Source of the DNA: Harriotta raleighana
Lineage: Eukaryota
Reading direction: 5' to 3'
Length of the DNA stretch: 64,000 nucleotides
Assembly (NCBI GenBank): GCA_050575255.1
Contig: JBNZDD010013718.1
Location: 3,343,098 to 3,407,097 of the forward strand
Shown piece after piece: positions 24,886 to 36,477 of this stretch (the stretch's first letter is position 1; the number at the start of each line of letters is the position of its first letter). A program made the position numbers and the translations under genes. The notes beneath the pieces were generated by a model. It saw only the letters and a program-made list of their open reading frames with translations. It was not told where the DNA came from and made no database searches.

Positions 24886-27844
24886 AAATACTCAATTAAT
24901 TACAAGATAATGCAACACTATCTTGAATGGGCAATATTACGGGAAACACATGCTTTGTTTTAATCTATGGACATGAGCTCTATTCTTTCACTGAACCTAT
25001 TTAACAAGCAAGAATGTGAGTTAAGATGGCTAAACTGGATAGAGGAATGTGTGTTGGAATGTACAGAAAAGCTTGAAGCATGCTGACATTTGATTTTAGT
25101 ATTTTCTCTGAGCCAGGAGAGTAAAGGGACCCAGCATGCCACATGACATAGAAAGGTCACCAAACACTACCGCTTTGTTCAATCTTCTACTATTCTCAAG
25201 GAAGTATGTTCTTCTATAACTTTTGCTACTTATCAAGAAACATCTTCGTTTATATACAGTCGTAGTTTTTAGATTGTTGTACAAGTGGAGTTACTATTTT
25301 ATCAAGTTTCTGAATAAAAATATGTAAAACTTTCCAAAACCGAACACTCGCAAACAATATCTCTTGTCAGCCCTATCTCCCTCACCATACAATGCACGGA
25401 ATAGATTTCCCCAGAATGCACTGAAGGCATGTAGTCAGCCACATGCCTATTGAGCTGAGCGAATGATATATTTCAGTGACCTGTGTATAGCACATATCTT
25501 TTTCACAGGTTTGCAAATCCATAATTATTCAGGAAATATTTTAAGTAATGGCAATATGCTTTTAACTTAACTATTTTTACATAAGATACAAGTGACCAGA
25601 AATGTTTCACAAAGTCCGATTAAACCTTCAAATTGGTTTAAACCGGGAAAATACCTCCCAATACCTCCCTCGATTACCTTTTTCGGTATTGCACTGGCAG
25701 CTAATTATATTCTTTTTTGCAACTGCTGAATCAGAACAAAATCTATAATTGTTATTCCCCTATAATGCTATCATAATCCTCAGGCCTAAACAAAATGATG
25801 TTGCGGCATATTAATACTTAAGCTTCAGAGCGTATCTTTTCTGAGAAAGTTGTACAACTTAAAGGCAGATGTAAAGCCGTCATCTACATCTGATGAAGCT
25901 TCTAATTAACTGAACTATTTACAGCACTGTGGTCCTCTGCAACCAGTTTCTCCATTATCTTGACAGTCAACAAACTAGTCCCATTACAGCACAGCAGATC
26001 TTATGCCTGAGGCAAAGCTGTTTGCAACCACAAATTGTCTCAGTATAAAAGTCAGTACAGTAATCAGCTGCCCTCAGCATTATCAAAACTGCTGCCTTAT
26101 TCTGAGGGAGCATCTACATTATATAAGACTTTGATTTTATTCTCAGCTTGAACCTTACCACTTTATCTCATCAACCATTCACCTCCCATAGATAATTGGA
26201 ACTTCACTTTTTGACCAATTCTGAAAGTAGCATTTGTGACAGAAGGTTAAAAATCCCAAATGAGCTTCTATCCTCCTTTACACTAAGTGATCTTGAAGCC
26301 GTGCTTAAGTGATGCAAAGTTGAACTCATTTTAGGCCTGGTTCCTGCACATTTTTAACCACCAATCAGTCCTCGGAATATTCATCAATGGCCAAATTACT
26401 GTACATAATCCAAAACGTATGAGAGGAAGATGAGCGGGTAAGATTCCTACAAGGGGAATCAGTCACATAGAGCAATGAGTTTATATTCTTGCTGTGCTGT
26501 ATATGGAGGCTGAATGCTCAAATTAAACTTGAACCAATAGAGATAAAGGAGCAGTCAGCATGGGATTCGATTTGCCATTGCAAGACACAACTTGACATTC
26601 TCTTACTTATCACTTGACATTAATAGTGGTTTTAAATAGTTAGTTTTCATATTCCTCCTGACCAGTGCTCTCCTTTTCAAATCAATCTCCTGCTCAAATC
26701 TCCATAATTTCATTAGTGGGGATAATTAGCATTTGAAAATGCCTAATGTTTGCTGTAGTTTTGTACTCTCGTTTAATTTTTGTTCCTGTCGAGTATTGTT
26801 CACAAAATATCATAAGTAAACAGTTCCTGATTTTTTTTTAAAGAGTATTGCAGCCAGAAAGATCCCCTACATAGAATTTATAACCTTAAATTCATAAACC
26901 CCGTGTGACATTACTTCTACATCTGTGTGTGCAGTGTGACAAATATTTACTTCACTGGACCTTATTTTCCAAATGATTGGTAGCTCCGTAAAGGGATTTG
27001 TTACTTCCAGTCGTGAAATGGGCCTTTGCTGAGGATTTACGCCTGTGATGTATTTTCACTCTGAGGAACCTTAAAGCACTTTTTAATGCTTAAAAAAATC
27101 CACAAGTCAAGACATTGTGTTATAAGTCAATACCCATCTCATCCTCTTTTTGAAAATGGTGTCTTCATGAATTGTGCAAGGTTTACATGAACATAGCTTG
27201 TGACGAATGTAACTTCTATGAAATCATGCAAAAGGGCTATTTCTTTCAGAATGATTGTCAATCAATTATTTTCAGAAGGCTTTACAAGGTGGAAGCACAG
27301 AGGTGGAAGTGCATTTGTGGTTTCCTTGAGGAATGGGTGTGTTTCACACAACCAGCTATTATCAAAGACAGTGATGGAAAAAATTATTTAGAAGTTTATA
27401 TATCTAGTTTGACAATTTCTCCCTTAATTGAAATCAAGAAAGTTTATACTCCATATTTACTTGAGACCTGAAAGTTGCCCCATTGGTGCTGATACTGTAT
27501 ATAGTTAGCATAGATGAGGTTCCAATATAAAGGATCAAATTCAGCCAAAACACTAAAACAAACTATGAAGAATTGCAGATGGAGGGATAACTATCCAGAT
27601 TGAATTGCCAAGATAAGGAGTTCCTTTTTTTTCACTTCACCCAAGAAGCAACCCAGCAGCTGACAAATAGTTGCAGCCCCCTGCAAAATGAAAGATGTTT
27701 TACGCAGCAGGTGAGGTCATCCATTTATGAACATGTTTGTGGTAAACAATGTAAAGCAATTAGCTGTAAATCTATTGCTTTAGTTCATGCTCTAACTTTA
27801 TAAACTTTGCTCGTAGCTGATCCTACCTGATGTTTCTATTCAAT

Positions 27845-28437
27845 ATCAGAAGATAAGACTTCTCAAAACCCTTGTCCATGCATTTGCTACTCCCTCCTCG
27901 TCAGCCTTCCTGGCTTTTCCATTCATAAGCTGCAGATCATCCAGCACTCTGCAGCTCATGTCCTCTCCTGCACTAAGATCCACAACCACATCATTCCCAC
28001 CCTCCATCAGCTCCTCATCCCCCAGAGGATCGACTTCAAGATCCTCGTTCACAATTTCAAGGCCATCATGGCCTTGCCGCCTCTTATCTCTCCGATTTGC
28101 TGACTCCCTATCAACCTGCCTGCGTCCTCCGTTCAGTGGCTCCGGTCTGCTCCACGTCCCCCACCTGACCCGCCCTACCATCGGTGGCCGGGCTTTCAGA
28201 CTCTCTGCCGCCACACTCTGGAACTCTATCCCATAATCCTTTTGCTTTACTTCTTCCCTTGCAATTTTCAAGACCCTCCTCTTTGATCGTGCCTTCTGCC
28301 ACCCTCCAACTCTCTCATTCTCCCCCCCTCCATCCTGCCCCTCTCGCTTGCTCCGGGTCCTGATCCCTGACTGCTCAGCACCTTGGACGTCTTCCTGACA
28401 TGAAAGGTGCTCTATAAATGTAATTTTGTTGTTGTTG
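27845..28437 (+). mobile_element. L2 (LINE2) 3' fragment: RT C-terminus pseudogene plus 3' UTR
   Basis: Frameshifted peptides LKTLVHAFAT, HIIPTLHQLLIPQRIDFKIL and TIGGRAFRLSAATLWNSIP; ends ATGAAAGGTGCTCTATAAATGTAATTT(TGT)n. Confidence 0.9.
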
Positions 28438-28439
28438 TA

Positions 28440-28990
28440 AGAAGTAAGAGAGGCCATTGTGTCTATTTATCCCTTGTTTAGTTTTCTCTCAGGACAAATA
28501 GAAACTATTTTCTAATTCCCCTCTTGCTTTGCCATTAAATCTGTGACCTCTACTCAGTAATTAGTTGGCAATCTGTCTATTGTTTTTTTTGACTGTTTCA
28601 AATGAGTTGGCATTCACTGCAAGAGCTGGCAGTCTGTAAATTAACAACACTTGTGTGAAGTGTTTGCTCCTTGCATTATGTTTAGTTTGAGGTTTTATTA
28701 GCTTATAATCATGTTCCTTTCTGTTCTTCTCAAGGAATTTCTTTATATCAGCGTCACCGATAATATCCATGGTTTTGAAGTCTTGGATCATGTCCCCGCT
28801 TAATCTATTACTTTTTAATGAGAATAAATCAAGCTCCCTTGACTTCTCTTCATAACTCATTGATTTGAGACCAGGGATTATTCCTCTTCCTCTTCTTTGA
28901 ATCTCTTCCAATTCCTGTCTGTTTTTTTCCTTGCCAATTGTTCTCTCATCCTCTCCTGGGTGTATGGGCACTTTTCCACAATCACTCTGT
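28440..28990 (-). mobile_element. CR1 LINE 3' fragment
   Basis: ORF 28561-28971 gives LEEIQRR...IPGLKSMSYEEKSRELDLFSLKSNRLSGDMI...KHFTQ, the CR1 ORF2 C-terminus. Confidence 0.9.
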
Positions 28991-29104
28991 TATCTTGCCC
29001 AAGTGACCATTTTAAATAAGAAACATGAAAACATAGGAAAACATGCAAGAAAAAAAATGAATGTTTGATTCATCAAGATTGTTCCCCTCTGCCCACTAGG
29101 TGCA

Positions 29105-29450
29105 ATAATAAATAAAAATAATCCCTACCTTTGATAAAGCACCTTTCACATTGCAAAGCACTTCAAGGTTAATTTGTAAAGTGGAGTATCTTATGGGTGA
29201 ATGCAGCTATGAATGTGCATACAACCATCTCCCACAAATGGTGAACAACAAATTTAATTTGAGGGATGGGGGCCAGGACACCAGCAGAAATATCTTTCTC
29301 TTTTTGAATTGTGCCATAGGATCTTTAACGTCCACCTGAACAGGCAGATGGGACCTCAGTTTAACATCTCATCCAAAGGATGGTATCTGCAACAATCCAA
29401 CACCTCCAACACTGCATTGAAGTGTTAAATTAGAATATTAGGGATTCGAA
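29105..29450 (-). mobile_element. Old Deu-domain SINE
   Basis: GGCCAGGACACC...GTGCCATAGGATCTTTAACGTCCACCTGAACAGGCAGATGGGACCTCAGTTTAACATCTCATCCAAAGGATGG is a well-preserved reverse Deu core. Confidence 0.85.
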
Positions 29451-30714
29451 GAACTATAATGTGTATCTGATTAATTTCATTTCCTAAGGGAATGTTCTGC
29501 AAAATTTCTCCCCGAACATAAACATTCTGTAGTACCCACTTACATACCCAGTTGTTTTAGATGTATAGTGTTGCCAAGACTCCAGCAGATCGGGGACCAC
29601 CATATTCCCATTACTTCCCCAATTGAAGGGTTCGAGATGTAATTCAATTACTTGAGTTATTGAACCAAATCCTACAACATTCCTTGCTGCTGATCTTTAA
29701 GTGTTATATCACCCTTGGACTTTGGATTTCCAGAAGTGTTAATTCCCTATCACGTGAGATGTTTTATTTCAGGGATTGAACCAACATAATTATTGGTCAT
29801 GAAATGGAGAACTCTGAATGCTTAGTTGAACATTCTCACTTGTGATTTGTCTAACATCTAAACTCCACTTCATCAAGTGAAGCTTATTTCTAAATCAGAA
29901 GAAGCGCACTGATTCTGTAAGGACTGCCAGACTTTGCGAGGAGCTATATTCACAGTGTAATTTCTGTGAATATCTGTAATGTATGACATCACTCATTCTG
30001 AGTGAGCTTTTCATATTGAAGTCGTTGTCTACTCAGTTCCCAAAACAATCATTTATATGTTTTGTAGTCATAGTATTCCTCTTCCCTGTCAATTTTTAAC
30101 CTATTTTCATAAATTTCAAATCATCTAAGCCAGTGATCTTTGTCTGTTTAAGCTTCTTTAAAATGGGACTTACAGTATTTGCAGCAGAGAACTGTTTATT
30201 ATCCTCATGAATAAAGCGTTAAAGACTCACTTGCTTATGAGTTTGTAGTAAAATGTGAAGTCCATTTTTACCATTCGGAATATTATTCCATGCTGTGTAG
30301 CTTCACAGCTACCCTTAATGCACAACAACTCACTATGAAAATACAATTTGAATTTGCATTAATGGGTCGCAGTCATGAGTTGAAATTTGAAAAGAAACAT
30401 TTGTTTTTCATCTTTCTAGGTTCAAAAATGCAGTTTTTAAAGATTAAAAAAACATACTTGGAAAGAAAATGGTTATAACCCATCTGCCAAAAGCACTTTG
30501 TCAGAATGGGGTCTGATTGGCATTCTTTCTTACATTAAAATTCCCACTGACCTTAGGAATTTTGCTCCAAAAATATAAAGTGTTGGAGCAGAGTTTCCAC
30601 ATGTTGCCATGTGCTACTTCTATTTACTGGACGGAATTCTCACTTCAGGAGTTCATATTGTTTAGTAAGAAATCCTGTTTAGAAATCATGCAAATTCGTC
30701 ACGTAAACCTGATT

Positions 30715-31130
30715 TTGATCTCTATCCTCTGGGGGATGAGGAGCCAGGTGAGGTTTGGCATGAGAGGGTCCTGGAGCCTGGTGTGGGAGAGCCTGGTGAA
30801 CTATAGAGGTCTGGATAATTTGCAGCTGTAGAGGGAAGAGTTGGAGTAGTTGAGCCTAGATGCAATAAATGTGCGGTTGAGTGTTTCAGGGGCCTGAAGG
30901 CTGAGGCAGTGGTAGAGCCAGGTGATGTTGAGGAGGTGGGAGAAGACAGAGTGAGTCATGTCATGAATGTGGGATAGAAAGGACAGTTGTGGCTCAAACA
31001 GGATGCCAAGGTTCTGTCCTGGCCCAGTGAGGTGGAGTATGCATCCATGGATGGTAATGCTGCCAGTGCATGAGGTGTGGAAGCCACAGGAGCCAATCGT
31101 GGGGCCTTTGCCTTGTTGACGTTTAACTGG
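30715..31130 (-). mobile_element. L2 LINE RT fragment
   Basis: Minus strand translates to NLGILFEPQLSFLSHIHDM and PETLNRTFIASRLNYSNS, matching L2 'NLGV.FD..LSF..HI' and 'HAFI.SRLDYCNS'. Confidence 0.85.
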
Positions 31131-32809
31131 ATGTCGTAAAGTGCTTCACAGAATATATTTTCAAGTGAATTGATTGTGTATTTTACACTGATCAGAAGAA
31201 CTGACGAATCACATATTTCAGGAATTGAAATGGGGCATTTGGCTGGGGCATCAATGATAAAGATGGCATGGAGAGCCCTTCATGTAAAGATTTTTAAAAA
31301 ATGAAATAGTAGAGAGGGGTTGCACAGTGCTGTATTCTATAAAATTAGGAGAGTGAATTGCTTTAAGACTGTGGAACTATCTATGTAAGCCTTAAGTAGT
31401 CTTCCTCGAATATTGTGCATGCAAGGAGTACAAGAAACAAGATTTAAAGAGTGGACTATTTGTGCTAATCTAGACCAGAAGTTAACTTGTCAGGGCAAAG
31501 CAAACCTGCCTAAGAAAAAAGGAAAGGTTCCTTCCTGAAAATAATACTGCATTGCAATTCTAATATTTCAACCTGTTTTCAATGAATGGACATTAGCCAG
31601 CTAGTAATTAATGGATCTGGAATTGCCAACTGCGGTCCATCATGAACCTGCATTGACAAGAGTAGAACAGGTTTGTTCTGCTCATTGTGGGACAGTGATT
31701 TTTTTTAGTATTTCCATGAATGTTGTACCTCATGCTGTCTATCATTGATACCTGATGGAAACACCACAGCAGTGGGTAGAAGAACAACAACTTGCATTCA
31801 TGTAGTGCCCTTCACGCTGGGTAGCATCCTGGACCACTGAACATGACCATACTACTGTGAATTTGTTTTCAACAAAGAAAACACATGTGTTTGCTTTCTC
31901 TAGATAATGCAAAGAATAAATGCATGTGGTAGATAAGTACTTAGAGATCAAACTCTTGTATTTGTAACATGGGGAACTCGATCTGACTCCACACAAGCAA
32001 AATGCATGTCACTCTCCACTTGAATCAGCTCTTTGTGTATGTCCCTGTACATAATGCAAAGAACATTTGGTTAGTATTAGTTATCTCCAAATAATTGGAA
32101 AATTTTCAACCATGTAATTTTGTTAATGTGGTGTAAAAATGCTTCTACAGACTACAGAGAGTTAATAAACAACTGCTGCTCAAACAGATTATTAGTGGAA
32201 TATTGAACTAATTATAACGCTGTCCCTGCAGGCTTTAATAAACCTGTTACACCATCACATTTTTCAACAAAAAAAAATGGCAATGTAATGCGGGCAATGA
32301 AAGAACTGGTAAAACCTGGTCTTGTTTACTTTTCTGTGAAGTGGTTGTGACAGCGCACTATGAAACTTGAAACAGGGACTAATGTGCTGAAAGCCCTTGA
32401 GGAGGCCCTTAGGCCAAGCTAATGACTCAGCTACACTCTGTGCAGCATTTATAGTTTGCCTGTAGCATTGTCTGCCATGCGTTTTGAATCCCGTTTGTTC
32501 CATGCAACATGATTTCAATTTGCAAAATTTGCATAATTAATCTTAAAAAGGCAAAGTCAAACTTGAGTGGTGTGTTTAACCCTTGAAGGAATTCCAGCCA
32601 TTTGGTGTTCCACCACATGCAAATGTGACACAAGGTTTGAATGTTTTGATGCATTTACATAAAACGATATAAAGGTGGCTTAGGCTGTCCTCAAATTATC
32701 CCTTCCATGCCCCCAAACTATTCTATTGATACTGCAATTATTTTAATGTATTTTCATGATCTGTATTAATTCGCATCCTGCTTGAAATTGTTTTCTGGTT
32801 GATCATTTA

Positions 32810-33085
32810 AACTACTGCACTGATGGAGGTGCCATCTTTTGGACGAGACACAAAACCAAGATCCCGTCTGCCAGTTCAGACAAATACAATCCCATAAGAG
32901 TTTCTCCTAGTGCCTGGCCAACAATCTTCCAGACAAAATTGTTCATTCATTTTACAGCTGTTCGTGTTTGCTGTTTGCTCAAATTGACTGCCTGCACAGT
33001 CGCTACACTTCACTGTGAAATATTCTTAAGAGCTTTGAGACGTCCTGACGATGCGATAAGGTGCAAGTGTAAGCATTATCATCTA
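32810..33085 (+). mobile_element. Deu-domain SINE, 5'-truncated
   Basis: GGAGGTGCCATCTTTTGGACGAGAC...CCCGTCTGCC...CCTGGCCAAC...GCTTTGAGACGTCCTGA. Confidence 0.8.
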
Positions 33086-34037
33086 TAATTACAATTATTT
33101 ATATTTCCATATCTGTTAATAATTAACACTCTGATTGAAATTATTTTCTGATTGATCAGTTGAAATAATCCTGCACAACTAATTGGGTCCAGAAGAATTC
33201 AGATTTAACCTGCGTAAAATACATATCTAGCTGCTCTCAGTTGGAATCTGTACAACGTTCATTTCGGATTCAGTCCATGTAAACAAGCAACCTGAAGTGA
33301 AAGACATGCTGCTATGTTGTGCACAGTGCTGTGCATTAAACACATGAGGAAGTGTACATGTATTCGACATGACCAGCAACACTGGATTGAATGGTCGCCC
33401 ATGCAAATCAGTGCCAGCTAGAGATAAGAAAAGCAAAGGAAGTTCATTTGAATAGAGTTAATCCAAATCAGCATCAGATTATCCATATAAAGAGAGTCAA
33501 TTCAGGAAATTTTCCAGTCAATTCATTTTTGCCCTATTCATGCAGAACTGAAAATTTATGTTTACCACGGAAAAGTTCCGATTTCGAAGAATTGCAACGC
33601 TGATATTTTAGTAGCTATCATATTGAGGGGTCATTTGGACCTGTAAATGAGAAAGAATCAGAGGTAAAACTGCAGCAAATTCCACACAGGTTCGTCTTGA
33701 TAAAGGCTTGCCCTCGCCATCACTGTTTGAATTGTATTTGTTATGGATTCCATCCAAGAAATTGGAATTCTATTTGAAACTTCTATAGGCGGTGGGGGGT
33801 TATACATGAGACTAACTTCAAAAGTTCTCTAAAATTGCAGGACATTGTCATTTTATTTTTGACAATGAGTTTGGCACCTCCATGTAGAGGTGTTATTTTT
33901 ATTGTGCTTACTTTGGGAAGGTAATTTTAGGAAGATATTATACTGCAAGTTCTTTAACCCTTTGGTGTTATATCATAGATGCTGTTCTTTCATCGATCAG
34001 CTGACCAGGAGTCTTTCTGTAATAGCATTTGTGTTTA

Positions 34038-34359
34038 TGGGTCCTGTAGCTGAGTGGTTAGAGCACTTGCCTTACAAGCGAGAGACCTGGGTTCAATTCC
34101 AGGCATGGCGAATTCTCGGGAAAGTTTCCTTACTCCACAGGGCTGATAATAATCCTTCAAAAAAAAATTCATTTCAATCCCCAACTGTCAGTTGGACACC
34201 ACTGTGCACAATTGGCCTCCACTTTTTGCCCAAATGGATATAGTCAATTCATTCCACATAGTATATACTCAGTATATTCTGTGAAGTGCTTTGAGACATC
34301 TAGATATCTAGAAGACATGAAAAGTATCAAATGCAAGGATTATTATTAGTATTGTTATT
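34038..34359 (+). mobile_element. Full-length younger tRNA-derived SINE
   Basis: Colinear with 17777-18101 (A box, B box, ATT tail). Confidence 0.9.
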
Positions 34360-34422
34360 CTGAGCAGATTGTTGTTGAGATTTTTAGCTGTAATAATCTG
34401 TAACAGTACAGATTGGATGCTA

Positions 34423-34747
34423 TAATAATAATAATAATCCTTGCATTTGATGTAGCACTTTTCACATTTTATCGACGTCCCAAAGCGCTTCACAGAATAT
34501 ACTGTAAAGTGAATTGACTGTATATTTGTGGGCGGAATGCGGCAGCCAATTGCGCACAGCAGTGTCCCACAAACAGTCGTGGATTGAAATGACCAATTTT
34601 ATTATTGTGGTATTTTTGGAGGGATTATTATTAGGCAAGTGGAGTAAGGAAACTTGCCCAAGGTTTTGCCCTGATTTGCCGGGATTTGAACACAGGCCTC
34701 ACGCTTGTAAGGCGAGTGTTCTAACCACTAAGCCACAGGAGCTCCAC
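34423..34747 (-). mobile_element. Full-length younger tRNA-derived SINE, best-preserved copy
   Basis: Reverse complement colinear with 17777-18101; several CpGs retained; (ATT)n tail. Confidence 0.9.
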
Positions 34748-36134
34748 AAAGAGCTTCTCTTGTCTTGGCCTCAATTACCATCTGATTTTCAGATCCTTCC
34801 CTTTTCTAGAGAACCTAAAAGCATGTCAGGCATGGGGAAGGATTTCAGCTGCCTCCCCAGCAGAGTGATACAGCGATGAGGAGAAAGCCCAGAAACAGGC
34901 CCATCCAAGGGTTTGCATGACTTGCTATGGGGGTGTACAAGAACAAAATGTGCCAGAACAGCCATGATGGGTCTGTTTAATTTCCTGAAGCGAGTTCAAC
35001 GAGTTAATTTTCTGAGCATATCCGCAAGGATGATGAGATTTTGGTGTTGCTCATGGATACAAAGGGAAGCCACTGGAGGAAAAAATAAATTGTTGTCCAA
35101 TCCTGTATTCATGAAACATCATACGTCATAGCAAAGTAATAATTGACGTTTCCATTTCTTTGCGAACATTTTACACAGCAAGAGGTTGTGCAAATGTCCC
35201 TGGTTTTGAATGCAGCTCATGTTTCCTTGTATCTCTAGCTGAAATATCACAAGATCTAAGGAAGTGCTTACCATTTCTAGTTTGGTGAATCTGAGCAGAA
35301 CGTTGGCAAATTAAAAAGATTGAAAGGCTGTTTTTTTAATGTGGGGTATTCACGTCACCTTAACAAATGTGCAAGGATCTAGTTTAACTTTGATTCTGTT
35401 TCCTATAAAAATTACAATAACGTTTTGATATATTAGAATTATAATGCTTTCAGACATTTGCAAATGTATATTTTGTAAACAACAAGAATGTTTTCCCGCC
35501 CTCCCCCTGACAAAATGTACCCTTGGGCTTTTTGGTCTCTTTCAGTTCAACTATTTTACAGTCACAATTTATTTATACCAAATGTGTCTTTGCTCATTAA
35601 ATGAAAGATTGACAGGGGAGGGCAGTGTGCCCTGCTGATGTTATCTGGAAGCTTGCTGTTATGATTAAATTAGCTATACATACCTGCTGGCATTGAGGGT
35701 TGGATCACTGAAAGAAGCCAGAGATCAAATTGGGCAGGAAAAGCTATTAGACCTGAATTTAGGAGGGTGGTGAGGCTGCTCATAACAGCCACTTAATATG
35801 GATTCAGCCGACTGCTGGGTTAATGGCAGCTTCCATGAGTTTCAGTTACTGTTGTTATTAACCCTCAAAGGTCCACTTGAATTTTTTTTGTAAAAGACTA
35901 TTTTTTAAAGATGTATTTTGAAAGGAATTGAAAAAGTGAAAGACATTTTTTATTTTCTGTAGTTTGGTCCTGGTTAAAAGCAAGTGATTCCAATTGCTTC
36001 TCATCATCTCCATCCGTTTACATACTGCAGGCTAGTTTTGCTTAAAAATAAATGGGTTTTAATAATAATCGATCATATTGCACAATAAGCATGTGTAAAT
36101 ATATGCACGAATATATTTATTTATTCAAATATAA

Positions 36135-36432
36135 CAGTGGTCATAGGTTTGAAAAAGTAAACCAATAACAATTGTTCATGATGCACCAAAAGAGTAGAGC
36201 AAGAGGAGGAGGATTAGGATTGCGAAGGGCAATTTTAGGACAGTCACCAAAGAGTATTTCTTTACCCATTGGGTATTTCACAACTGGAATCGATTGCAGG
36301 AATGGATGATTGAGGACACTGGTCTTTAATAAAAACAGTTAGTTGCTTTGATGGGAAACAGTAATGTGGGTACACTGGAACAAAAAGTTAAAATGGACCG
36401 CTGAGCCTTCTTTGTCTAAACCAATCTTGTAA
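36135..36432 (+). mobile_element. Degraded CR1 3' end
   Basis: AGAGCAAGAGGA...TTTAGGACA...TATTTCTTTACCCA...TGGAAT...ATGGACCGCTGAGCCTTCTTTGTC, typical CR1 ORF2-end and 3' UTR order. Confidence 0.6.
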
Positions 36433-36477
36433 GGGTCCTGTGGGTTGCATAGCCAAATATGAACAGGAGCATCTAGG

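Noticed and set aside
25888-25920. CTGATGAAG hammerhead-like start
   Set aside because: No GAAA or UH site and no flanking helices
27172-27471. Cys-containing 99-aa ORF resembling a zinc-binding protein
   Set aside because: Cys spacing fits no family I know, non-ATG start, no exon boundaries
27846-28457. 203-aa minus-strand ORF, the longest in the window
   Set aside because: Antisense shadow of the L2 fragment on the + strand
29945-29972. 10-bp perfect inverted repeat ATATTCACAG...CTGTGAATAT
   Set aside because: Short and AT-rich with no supporting context; plausible by chance
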